From: Candidatus Xenobia bacterium
GTDB taxonomy: Bacteria; Vulcanimicrobiota; Xenobia; Xenobiales; QWHO01
Length of the DNA stretch: 29,592 nucleotides
Assembly (NCBI GenBank): GCA_045863235.1
Contig: BTUM01000093.1
Coordinates: 1-29,592 of the forward strand
Direction of reading: 5' to 3'
Position numbers and translations under genes: made by a program. The notes under the pieces were generated by a model. It had not been told where the DNA came from. It ran no database searches and saw only the letters and a program-made list of their open reading frames with translations. This document shows positions 9,071-17,301 of this stretch, piece by piece; position 1 is the stretch's first letter; every line of letters starts with the position of its first letter.

Positions 9071-9508
9071 CGGGATACCTCACCGGTGAGCGCGTTCATC
9101 CGGGACACGCTCTCACGCCTGCCGGGCAAGCCGCCCGACAACCTGCTGGTGGATTACTACCGCTCTTGCGACGCTCATCCCCTGCTGCGCGGTCGAGCCT
9201 TCCTGGCCGGAGTGCCCCAGGAGCAGGTGGTGGAGTGCGCCCAGCGCTTCCTCAAGCTTCCCGAGCTGACCGACTCGAAGCTGCTGACCCCCATGCTCAA
9301 GCAAGCGTCGGCCCGCCTCACCGGCGTGCCGGTGGAGAGCGCCCGCGCTCAGGTGCTGGCCGAGCTTGACCGGCTGGCCGACCAGGCCGGCATCGTCGGC
9401 GAGGTCGAGGCGCTGGTGGTGGACGACAACGCCACCCTGGTGCAGGAAGATGCGGTGAAGGTGACGGTGGGAGGCGTAACGGTCAAGCGGAAGACTTCCG
9501 AGTCGTAA
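7025..9508 (+). CDS. C-terminal fragment of a large helical-repeat protein
   Basis: Frame is open from 7025 (DAERDQVAFGLGVLPTL...) to TAA at 9506-9508. The GTG at 7061 is probably not a real start. Contains five further repeat copies. Confidence 0.75.
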   Translation, partial: DAERDQVAFGLGVLPTLKGPASELALRMLAVEKSPSVVEAGLTHAGATSPGELAQLMSEALPGQGASPKLTELVLSELAKHPDTQESARLGRELGALVKGDQSRAFILREVVRNPDLVGAGEAVLAASRATWYEAAERDRLALGKHLLSQMQGKAASLGLRILNQGNVDQVLPAVLAHRQASTPAELAALALQAVPQDGAMQPLWDELASHPETAAQAELARELMALVRDGKGHQIIASTVLSQPAPRNAVELAALGGAILAKSKATWYEGIEQDRASLGKHLLTELARDPSTRPAADLGLRMLSPGNADEVVPAVLAHATARTPTELAALALAAVPQDGAMEAAWKELGGHSETRERTALARELNGVVKQAGSRRIIAQQVLQHPPELASLGHALTTAMKATWYEGVEADRLALGRHLLTRLESQSETALAARLGLEMLAPLKPGDSADGILLAVLGNARATGPAELTGAVPQEGEKEAMQPLLNALAARPETVEVARLARELDAVVSQGRGRAIVWRHVLDSPKDTAALGGAILGEMSRTYYDGIEKDRLALGQHLLGKLSSQPKTSDVARLALAMGPHADVHLAAMKCASSSLGDFVRAAIPNDAPAALLEPAFQALGTPLADLLPQLKTDRLRALAARALLDQPSLEGAARQTFQGASRTYADGLEKDCSRLASLLLARDTSPVSAFIRDTLSRLPGKPPDNLLVDYYRSCDAHPLLRGRAFLAGVPQEQVVECAQRFLKLPELTDSKLLTPMLKQASARLTGVPVESARAQVLAELDRLADQAGIVGEVEALVVDDNATLVQEDAVKVTVGGVTVKRKTSES

Positions 9509-9514
9509 CCGTGG

Positions 9515-9715
9515 TCAACTCTGGCTTTCGAGCTTCTCCTCCAACCTGGCCAGGACATAGGGATAGAGCAGCCAGGGGTTGACCCGCCACGACCTGCCCA
9601 CCCGCAGCCCCGGCAGCCGGCCCGTCTCGAGCTGAAGCAACACCTCGCCGCGCGGCAGCTCGAGCACCTCGGCCACCTCCTCGGGAGTCAGGAGCTCAAA
9701 GGGAACATGCTGCAT
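9515..9715 (-). CDS. Excisionase-family (HTH_17) helix-turn-helix DNA-binding protein
   Basis: 66 aa from ATG 9715. LLTPEEVAEVL...GRLPGLRVGRSWRV is the excisionase/MerR-like winged HTH pattern. Confidence 0.7.
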   Translation of the reverse strand: MQHVPFELLTPEEVAEVLELPRGEVLLQLETGRLPGLRVGRSWRVNPWLLYPYVLARLEEKLESQS

Positions 9716-9776
9716 CCACCAGGGCTTCCGCGGTGGCCAGCGGGAATCCCCCCCACCGGCTCGAACCCCGCTCGGC

Positions 9777-11594
9777 ATGAGCACCACCGCTGAGAAAGTC
9801 CCCGGCGCGCGCTGGGATCTGACGCCTTTCTTCCCCACCTTCCAGGGCCCCGAATACAAAGGATTTCTGGCCGAGTGCAAGAGCGAGGCGGCAGCCCTTC
9901 AGCAAGAAGCCGGCCAGCTCAAAACGCTGGACGAGGGCAACGCCGCCCGCTGGGCCCCGATCTTCCAGCGCACCGAGGAGCTGGGCTCGCGCCTGAGCCA
10001 CGTGCAGGCCTACCTCGACTGCCTGCAGGCCGAGGACACCACGGTGGAGTCCGTGCGCCAGGAGGTCTCCGCCCTCAGCCTGCTCTCCTCCGAGCTGGAG
10101 AAGATCCACGTGCTGCTCCAGGCCGCTCTCAAGAGCTGCAGCGATGGCGCTTTCCAGAAGCTGGTCGAGCACGAGGCCCTGCAGAGCGCCCGCTTTGCCC
10201 TCGAGCGCATGCGCCGCCAGGCCCGCTACACCATGGACCCCGAGCTCGAGACCCTGGCCGCCGAGCTGGGCGTGGACGGCTTCCACGCCTGGGGCCGCCT
10301 CTACACCCAGATCGCCGGAGGGCTCGAGTTCGAGCTGCCCGGCCGGGGCATGGTGCCGATGGCCCTCAAGAACAGCCTGCTCGAAGATCCCGACCCGGAA
10401 GTGCGTCGGGCCACCCTGGTCAACTCCAACGCCGCCTGGCAGCGCATGGAGACGGTGGCGGTGGCCTGCCTGAACGCCATCTCGGGCACCCGTCTCCTGC
10501 TGAACAAGCGACGCGGCATCGAGCACTTCCTGGACGTGGCCCTGGAGGACGCCTGCTGCAGCCGCAAGACGCTGGATACCCTGATGAGCGTGCTGCGCGA
10601 GCGGCGCGACCTGGGTCAGCGCTATCTCAAGCTCAAGGCCCGCCTGCTGGGCAAGGAGCGGCTTGGCTGTCAAGACCTCTACGCTCCCCTGCCCGTGCAG
10701 CACGAGCAGCCGATCCCCTGGCCTCAGGCCAAAGAGCAGGTGCTGCAGTCGTTCGGGGCCTTCTATCCGGGCATGGCCGAGTACGCCCGCCACGCCTTCG
10801 AGCACAGCTGGCTGGACACCGAGGCCCGCCCCGGGCGCAGCCCCGGAGGCTTCTGCACCGGCTCGGCGGTGATCAACCAGACCCGCATCTTCATGACTTA
10901 CAACCAGGCCGCCGGCGACGTGCGCACGCTGGCCCACGAGCTCGGGCATGGCTTCCACGAGTGGGTGATGCGTGATCTGCGTCCCTGGCAGCGCGGCTAT
11001 CCCATGACCCTGGCCGAGACCGCCTCCACCTTCGCCGAGGCGGTGTACGGCGAGAGCCTGCTCGAGCACGCGAGCCCGGACGAGCAGGCTTACCTGCTGG
11101 ACAAGCGGCTCAGCGACACCTGCGCTTACCTGCTGAACATCCCTCTGCGCTTCGATTTCGAGAAGCGCTTCTACGAAGAGCGCGCCGAGGGCGAGCTGAG
11201 CGCCTCCCGCTTCAAGGAGCTGGTGCTCGAGGCCGAGCGAGCCTGGTACGGCGAGGCCATCGACCCCAACGAGCTCGACGAGTATTTCTGGGCCTCCAAG
11301 CTCCACTTCTACATCACCGAGCTGAGCTTCTACAACTTCCCTTACAGCTTCGGCGCCTTGTTCAGCGCGGCGGTGTTCGAGAAGGCCCGCGCCGAAGGCC
11401 CGAGCTTCCTGCCCAGGTACGAAGAGTTGCTGCGTCTGACCGGCAGCGATACCTGCGAGGGCGTGGCCCGGCGCTCGCTGGGAGTGGACATCGAGGCGCC
11501 CGAGTTCTGGCACACCGCGCTCAAGCCCACCGAGCGCGAGCTGGATCGCTTTGAGAGCCTCGTGCAGGACAAGCGCGCCGGCCAGAGGAACTGA
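9777..11594 (+). CDS. pepF: Oligoendopeptidase F (M3B family)
   Basis: 605 aa. N-terminal RWDL, RPGRSPGGFC, zinc motif TLAHELGHGFH, LAETASTFAE, HFY...FYNFPYSFG. Confidence 0.92.
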   Translation: MSTTAEKVPGARWDLTPFFPTFQGPEYKGFLAECKSEAAALQQEAGQLKTLDEGNAARWAPIFQRTEELGSRLSHVQAYLDCLQAEDTTVESVRQEVSALSLLSSELEKIHVLLQAALKSCSDGAFQKLVEHEALQSARFALERMRRQARYTMDPELETLAAELGVDGFHAWGRLYTQIAGGLEFELPGRGMVPMALKNSLLEDPDPEVRRATLVNSNAAWQRMETVAVACLNAISGTRLLLNKRRGIEHFLDVALEDACCSRKTLDTLMSVLRERRDLGQRYLKLKARLLGKERLGCQDLYAPLPVQHEQPIPWPQAKEQVLQSFGAFYPGMAEYARHAFEHSWLDTEARPGRSPGGFCTGSAVINQTRIFMTYNQAAGDVRTLAHELGHGFHEWVMRDLRPWQRGYPMTLAETASTFAEAVYGESLLEHASPDEQAYLLDKRLSDTCAYLLNIPLRFDFEKRFYEERAEGELSASRFKELVLEAERAWYGEAIDPNELDEYFWASKLHFYITELSFYNFPYSFGALFSAAVFEKARAEGPSFLPRYEELLRLTGSDTCEGVARRSLGVDIEAPEFWHTALKPTERELDRFESLVQDKRAGQRN

Positions 11595-11626
11595 GCTACT
11601 TCCATTTACCCGGGGAGGACCGCGCC

Positions 11627-12742
11627 ATGACCCTTCAGACCGAAAGTCCCGCCAGCACCGCCGAGATCACCCTCGACAACTTGCTGCGCACGATGTGCGA
11701 GAAAGGCTCCTCCGACCTGCACCTGGCCGTGGCCAGCGTGCCCCACGCCCGCCTGGACGGGCGGCTGGTGGTCCTGGACGAGAGCCTGCCCGTGCTCGAT
11801 CAGACCATCCTGGAGAAGGTCTTGTTCCCGCGCCTGGACACCGACCAGCTCGAGAAGCTGCAAAAGCACCGCGAGCTCGACTTCTCGGTCTCGGTGCCGG
11901 GCCTGTCCCGCTTCCGCGGCAACATCCTGTGGCAGCGCGGCACGCTGGGCGCCGTCTTCCGCGCCATCCCGTCTCGTCCCCTGACCCTGGCCGAGCTCAA
12001 GCTGCCCCAGATCATCGAGGACCTGTGCAACCGCCCCCGCGGCCTGGTGCTGGTGACCGGCCCCACCGGCAGCGGCAAGTCCACCACCCTGGCGGCCATG
12101 ATCGACCACATCAACAGCAACCACGAAGGCCACATCGTGACCATCGAGGACCCCATCGAATTCCTGCACAAGAACAAGAAGTGCATCGTGCGCCAGCGCG
12201 AGCTGCACGCCGACACGATGTCCTTTGCCAACGCCCTCAAGCACGTGCTGCGGCAAGATCCTGACGTCATCCTGGTGGGCGAGATGCGCGATCTCGAGAC
12301 CATCGGCCTGGCCGTGACCGCGGCCGAGACCGGCCACCTGGTGTTCGGCACCCTGCACACCAGCTCGGCGGCCACCACCGTGGACCGCATCATCGACGTC
12401 TTCCCCTCGGGCCAGCAGCAGCAGATCCGCATGCAGCTCTCCTCCACCCTGCAGGGGGTGATCTCCCAGACCCTCATCCCCCGCGCCGAGGGCAAGGGAC
12501 GCTGCTGCGCGATGGAGATCATGGTGGGCACCAACGGCGTGCGCAACCTGATCCGCGAGGGCAAGACCCACCAGATCAACAACCAGATCCAGTCGGGCAT
12601 GAGCGTGGGCATGCAGAGCCTGAACCACGCCCTCAAGACGCTGGTGCAGTCGGGCGCCATCACGGCCGACGCGGCCTTGATGAAGAGCAACGCTCCCGAT
12701 GAGCTGCGCGGCTTCCTGGGCCTGCCCATGAGCAATCTCTAG
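11627..12742 (+). CDS. pilT: Type IV pilus twitching motility ATPase PilT
   Basis: 371 aa. SDLHL, Walker A GPTGSGKSTT, Asp box TIEDPIE, Walker B LRQDPDVILVGEMRD, His box TGHLVFGTLH, VRNLIRE (AIRNLIRE-like). SD GGAGGA upstream. Confidence 0.95.
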   Translation: MTLQTESPASTAEITLDNLLRTMCEKGSSDLHLAVASVPHARLDGRLVVLDESLPVLDQTILEKVLFPRLDTDQLEKLQKHRELDFSVSVPGLSRFRGNILWQRGTLGAVFRAIPSRPLTLAELKLPQIIEDLCNRPRGLVLVTGPTGSGKSTTLAAMIDHINSNHEGHIVTIEDPIEFLHKNKKCIVRQRELHADTMSFANALKHVLRQDPDVILVGEMRDLETIGLAVTAAETGHLVFGTLHTSSAATTVDRIIDVFPSGQQQQIRMQLSSTLQGVISQTLIPRAEGKGRCCAMEIMVGTNGVRNLIREGKTHQINNQIQSGMSVGMQSLNHALKTLVQSGAITADAALMKSNAPDELRGFLGLPMSNL

Positions 12743-12773
12743 GCGCCTGCAGCTCCTCCTCAAACGGCTGGCG

Positions 12774-13259
12774 TTGCTGCGCCGCCGGGATGGTCCCGGC
12801 CTTTTCAACCGCAGGCCTTACCGCATCGTGGGGGCGGCCAGCCACCGCTACCGGGCCGCCCCGCGCCTGAGCGAGGCCGAGGTGGCGGCCTTCGAGGTCG
12901 CCCACCTGGTCAGTCTGCCGGCCGAGTACCGCGAGTGGATCACCGCCGTGGGCAACGGTGGAGTGGGCCCCGACGAGGGGCTGGGGCCGCTGGCAGAGTG
13001 GGATCTCGTGCGGGGCCAGAGGATTCGCGAGCCCGATTTCCTGCGGCTCCCCTTCGAGCCCGGTAGCGGGCGGCGGGGCACCCTCTGTCTGGCCTCGCGA
13101 GAGCTCCGCGAGCCCTTGCTGGTGGTCACCGGCCCGGCCGCCGGCGAGATCTGGATGGACGACGGGGGGGAGCTGAAGCCCGAGGTCGCTCAGGGTCTGC
13201 GACTGGGCTTCTATGACTGGCTGGACGCCTGGATCGGGCGCTCGCTGCGCGAGCTGTGA
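12774..13259 (+). CDS. SMI1/KNR4 (SUKH) family protein
   Basis: GAASHRY...LSEAEVAAFE...LPAEYREWITAVGNGGVGP, LLVVTGPAAGEIWMDD and FYDWLDAW match SUKH-domain proteins. Start uncertain; could be CTG 12747. Confidence 0.8.
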   Translation: MLRRRDGPGLFNRRPYRIVGAASHRYRAAPRLSEAEVAAFEVAHLVSLPAEYREWITAVGNGGVGPDEGLGPLAEWDLVRGQRIREPDFLRLPFEPGSGRRGTLCLASRELREPLLVVTGPAAGEIWMDDGGELKPEVAQGLRLGFYDWLDAWIGRSLREL

Positions 13260-15088
13260 AGCGAGCCTTCCTCAGGCTGCGCCTGTTCGCCCCCCTGCTG
13301 CCCCCGGCCGTCAGGGTGGAGGCCGCCCGCCAGGTGGGACAAGCCTGCGACGTGGTTCTGGTGAGCGAGCTGGCCGCCCGCCTGCCCTCGCTCCTGCCCG
13401 AGGCCTTGACCGGGTGGCCCGAAGAGCGCCGCCATGAGCTCTTCGAGCTGAGCGCCCTGAACGGTCACCTGGAGGACTTCCTCTCCAGCGAGTCCTGGCG
13501 CCAGTCCGCCGCTTACGCCGGCCTCGAGCCCTGGCGGGCCCGGGCGGTTCTGGAGCGCTTTCCCCCGGACGACCCCGCCGCCCGGGCCCTGCTCATGCTG
13601 CTCGCCGAGGAATTCGAGCGATATCTCGACTTTGATCTCTCCCGCGACTCGCTGCACCAGGCGCTGCAGCGCTGCCGCCCGGCGGTACGCTCGCGGGCCC
13701 TGCACCTGCTCACCCGCACCGGTCACCCCGAGCTGGTGCGGGCCGCCGTGGCGCCGGTGCGCGACTGGCTCGAGCTCGAGCCGGACGAGTGGCTGCCCCG
13801 CCTGGAAGGCATGGCCCGCCACCAGAGCGCCGAGCTCTTCGACCTGCTGCCCCGGCTGGGCCCGGAGCAGGCACTGGCGGCGGTGGAGCAGCTGCGAGCG
13901 GTCGAATGGAGAGCGCCGGATCGCATCGCGCCGCTCTGGGCACCGCTGCGCGCGGCCACCCTCCCTTCCTGGCAGAGGCTGCGGGCCGAGCTGGCCGCTC
14001 CCCTGGTGCTGCGCCGCGAGCGCGCGCTCGAGCAGCTGACCTTGAGCCCCTGCGGCACCCGGATGGCCTGGCGAGAAGAACAGGCCTGGAATGTGGGCAT
14101 CCTCGGCTGGTCCGAGCCCGCTCAGCTGGCCCGGCTGCGGGGCGAGCGATTGTCCTTCGACCCCACCGGCGAGGTGGTCGGCGTTCAGGACCCCTCTGGC
14201 GTCAGCTTCTTTCTGGTCACCCGGCCTGACCATCCCCTGCTCCTTTACGAGCGACGAGGAGCCACCGACTTTCGCCACTCGCGCACCCGCTCCGCCACCG
14301 TGCAACGCCGCCCCGAGGCGGTCCGTCTGGCCCTCTGGCCGGCCTGTACGGTGGTGGGCCGTCCCGACGAGGTCGATCTACCGCTCGATACCACCGCCTT
14401 CGTTCCACTCGATCCGCCCGGCGCCGTGGTGGGCATGCAGAACGGCTCTCTGGGGATCTTTCGCGCTAACCGTCACGACCTTCGCTGGCAGAAGCGCTCG
14501 CACCCCGGTCGGGTGGAGCGCCTGGAGGCCCGTCCCGCCTCCCGCAAGTACGTGGCCAGCTGTGGGCCCGAAGGGGTGGTGCTATGGCGAATGATCGAGC
14601 TGGTCTTCAGCGAGCTGCTCGAAATGGGCCGGGTCGGGCCCTCGAGCTGCGTGTCCTTCTGGCGTGAGCAGTTATTGGTGGGAACCACGCTCTATCAGAT
14701 GGAGCCGTTCGAGCGCTCGCGCGAGCTTGTGGCCGTCCCCAGCGGGTGCTTTCCGGCCGGCCAGTGGTTGTTGGCGGGCCTGAGCGAGGGGGGAGCACTG
14801 CTCTTTGACGGAGCCGAGGAGCGGGTGCTGCCCGGCAGCTCGCCGGCGGTGCAGGGTACGGCCGCCCCCGATGGCACGCTCTGGGTGGTGCAGGATGGGG
14901 ATCTCATGCAGCTCGACCCGGCTCGCCGGATGCCCCGCCTGTGCCTCGCCGAGCTGGCCGAGCGGCCCGAATGGGGGCTGCAACCGCGCCCGCCGGCCCT
15001 GGAGGTGCTCAGCCTGCTGAGCCGCGCCTTCGCGGTGGAGCTGGCCGACGGGCGGGCGACGGGCGAGAGCGAGATCGAGCTGGAGTAG
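13256..15088 (+). CDS. Hypothetical protein with a helical N-terminal half and a degenerate WD40/beta-propeller-like C-terminal half
   Basis: 610 aa with a GTGA overlap with the upstream gene. Beta-blade-like segments LTLSPCGTRMAW, LSFDPTGEVVG, HPGRVERL...YVASCGPEGVVLW and APDGTLWVV. Confidence 0.6.
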   Translation: MKRAFLRLRLFAPLLPPAVRVEAARQVGQACDVVLVSELAARLPSLLPEALTGWPEERRHELFELSALNGHLEDFLSSESWRQSAAYAGLEPWRARAVLERFPPDDPAARALLMLLAEEFERYLDFDLSRDSLHQALQRCRPAVRSRALHLLTRTGHPELVRAAVAPVRDWLELEPDEWLPRLEGMARHQSAELFDLLPRLGPEQALAAVEQLRAVEWRAPDRIAPLWAPLRAATLPSWQRLRAELAAPLVLRRERALEQLTLSPCGTRMAWREEQAWNVGILGWSEPAQLARLRGERLSFDPTGEVVGVQDPSGVSFFLVTRPDHPLLLYERRGATDFRHSRTRSATVQRRPEAVRLALWPACTVVGRPDEVDLPLDTTAFVPLDPPGAVVGMQNGSLGIFRANRHDLRWQKRSHPGRVERLEARPASRKYVASCGPEGVVLWRMIELVFSELLEMGRVGPSSCVSFWREQLLVGTTLYQMEPFERSRELVAVPSGCFPAGQWLLAGLSEGGALLFDGAEERVLPGSSPAVQGTAAPDGTLWVVQDGDLMQLDPARRMPRLCLAELAERPEWGLQPRPPALEVLSLLSRAFAVELADGRATGESEIELE

Positions 15089-15090
15089 GG

Positions 15091-15501
15091 TCAGGCGCTC
15101 CTTTGCTCCAACCGCTCGACCCGTGCCTCGATGGCGCTCAGGCGGAGCTCGGTGCCGTCCACGAAGGCGTTCATGGCCCGGGCCAGGCGGCCCAGGTGCT
15201 CTTGCCCGGTGATGTCGGCGGCCTGGAGCTGGTCCACGTCGGCCCGCAGTCCGCCAACCGACCGGTCCAGTCTGGCAGTGGCTTCCTGGTTCATCGTCAC
15301 GGCCTCGTGAACTGCCGTGAGGCCGGCTTGCACCACCTTCAAGGCCTCTTGCGTCAAACGCAGGCTTTCTTGAGACTTCCCGATGGCCGCCTGCATGTCG
15401 TCCAATCTCTGGACCATCTGATTTCGGTGCTTGCTCGCCTTGCGGGCGGTCTGCTTGTGGTGGACCTGCATCTCCTCGATGAGTAGCAGGATCTCGCGCA
15501 T
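15091..15501 (-). CDS. Coiled-coil hypothetical protein
   Basis: 136 aa from ATG 15501, preceded by SD-like GAAGGGAGA. Heptad pattern throughout, ending LSAIEARVERLEQ. Confidence 0.7.
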   Translation of the reverse strand: MREILLLIEEMQVHHKQTARKASKHRNQMVQRLDDMQAAIGKSQESLRLTQEALKVVQAGLTAVHEAVTMNQEATARLDRSVGGLRADVDQLQAADITGQEHLGRLARAMNAFVDGTELRLSAIEARVERLEQRSA

Positions 15502-15582
15502 GGTTGGGTCTCCCTTCATCAGGACCCTCCGAGCCCGACGAATGGTCCTCGCCTCTGGAGGATGGTGTCGGGGCTCGAAGCC

Positions 15583-15592
15583 ATGCTAGCAT
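15583..15592. promoter_or_regulatory. Palindromic extended -10 element (possible bidirectional promoter)
   Basis: Perfect palindrome ATGCTAGCAT gives TGcTAGCAT on both strands, between divergent genes. Confidence 0.35.
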
Positions 15593-15665
15593 AGGGGTGA
15601 ATCTTTTGCAACCCGGTGTTGATTCCAGGCGTAGGGTAATTCCCTGGCCTGTTGAAGTTGGCTCA

Positions 15666-16334
15666 ATGCCATTCGGGCGCCTGTTCCGTCGATTGACCTC
15701 CAAACCCAGCACGGTGGGCGCCGTCTTCTTCGATGTCGGGGGCGTCATCGTTCACAGCACCATGGAGCAGTACGTCGCAGCTGGTTGTCAGTATTTCGGC
15801 TGCTCGCCCACCGACCTGGGCCAGGAGATCTCGGACGGGATTGGGGCTCTGGAAACCGGCAAGTTGGATTCCGAGACCTTTTGGCGGAACATCGGGGCGA
15901 GCCTCGAGCGCAAGGGGAAAGGTCACCCGGCGCCGCCCGAGACCTGTCGAGACCTGTGGACGAGTCTGTTCCAGGCAACAGCTCGCCTGGATAAGAAGGT
16001 CATCAACCTCTGCCTCGAGCTGGACCGAAACCGGCTGGCGGTCGGCGTGCTGTCGAACACGATCGAGGATCACGTCGAGCTGGTGCACAAGCTCGGGGGC
16101 TACCAGAACTTCAAGCCGATCCTGCTTTCGTGCAAGCTCGGGCACCGAAAACCGGACCCGAAAATCTATCAGTTCGCCTGTCAGAAGGTGATGCTCCCCC
16201 CCCAGCAGTGCCTGCTGGTGGATGACAACAAAGAGAACTGCGAGGGCGCAATGGCCGTGGGGATGCAGGCGATCCTCTACACCGGTTATGCCCAGCTGCT
16301 GGAAGACCTTCAGAGGCTGGGCGTCACCGGGTAA
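15666..16334 (+). CDS. HAD-superfamily subfamily IA phosphatase (YihX-like)
   Basis: Motif I FFDVGGV, motif II LSNT, motif III KPDPKIY, motif IV LLVDDNKEN. Start placed at ATG 15666 (uncertain). Confidence 0.88.
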   Translation: MPFGRLFRRLTSKPSTVGAVFFDVGGVIVHSTMEQYVAAGCQYFGCSPTDLGQEISDGIGALETGKLDSETFWRNIGASLERKGKGHPAPPETCRDLWTSLFQATARLDKKVINLCLELDRNRLAVGVLSNTIEDHVELVHKLGGYQNFKPILLSCKLGHRKPDPKIYQFACQKVMLPPQQCLLVDDNKENCEGAMAVGMQAILYTGYAQLLEDLQRLGVTG

Positions 16335-16467
16335 CTTGTCCTGACGCCGTTACCTGGTACCGTCCCCTGCAGTAAGCATTGGCCGCGCGCCACGCTCCTC
16401 CAGCAGGGACCGAGGCTCGTGCGTGGTAAGAATTGGGTTCGACTGAGCACAGGAAGGACCCACCACG

Positions 16468-17301
16468 TTGAGCACGGTTACATCCGATCCCCTGGCCGAT
16501 CTGCAGCAGTTCGGCGAGCGGGTGGAGACAATTCAGCGCACCCTCAAAGAGCTGGGCAAGGCTCTCAAGGAGCTGCGCCCCCAGGAAACGCGCAAGCTGA
16601 AAGGCCGCCTCGAGCGCCTGCACAAGCTCGATCTGGGCCTGCCCGAATTCGAGCAAGAGCTGAAGGCTGTGCTCGCGCGGGTGGAGGCCTGGAGCAAGGA
16701 GCAAGAGCGCAGCCTGCCGCTTCAGTTCGGACGCACGCTCAAGGATGCGGCCGAAGAGGCCCGGGTGGGCTTCCTCAGCCTCACGGCCGAGCCCCCCACC
16801 TACTTCCTCGACCCCTTCACCATCGAGGCTGACTTCGGCAAGGGCATCGCGCGGCTGACCTACGCCCGCACCACGCTGGGCGAGGCCAGCCTGGAGCCGA
16901 AGGCCATCTTGCAGGAGCGCGACAAGATGCTGCAGGCCCTGGAAGGCAAGTCCTTCGACCCGGAAACCTACCTGGCCAGGCTGTATCGGGCCTACGAGCG
17001 CTCGGCCCCCAGGCCCCAGGACCGGGTGGAGCTGATCGACCTGTTGCCCGAGATCGCCTTGCTTTCGCAGTCAGACGACTTCCGCAAGGATCCCACCCGG
17101 GAAAACTACAAGCCCTACGGGCGGGTGCGCCTGGCCTACGACCTGGCGCGCCTGCGCAAGAGCGGCACCCTCACCCACCAGGGCAAGCGACTCACCCTGG
17201 GTACCGCCACCATCGGCACCACCAAGCACAAAGACCGGGTGCTCTTTCTCGAAGAGGGCCAGGGGCGCGGCCAATTCTACCTGACGGCGGCATTCGTATG
17301 A
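16468..17301 (+). CDS. Hypothetical protein with an N-terminal coiled coil; first gene of the DUF2791 operon
   Basis: 277 aa, TTG start with SD AGGAAGGA. Strong codon bias. ATGA overlap with the next gene. Confidence 0.85.
   Translation: MSTVTSDPLADLQQFGERVETIQRTLKELGKALKELRPQETRKLKGRLERLHKLDLGLPEFEQELKAVLARVEAWSKEQERSLPLQFGRTLKDAAEEARVGFLSLTAEPPTYFLDPFTIEADFGKGIARLTYARTTLGEASLEPKAILQERDKMLQALEGKSFDPETYLARLYRAYERSAPRPQDRVELIDLLPEIALLSQSDDFRKDPTRENYKPYGRVRLAYDLARLRKSGTLTHQGKRLTLGTATIGTTKHKDRVLFLEEGQGRGQFYLTAAFV

Noticed and set aside
9515..9715. Prophage or integrative element boundary suggested by the excisionase-like gene
   Set aside because: No integrase, tRNA target, phage genes or flanking direct repeats.
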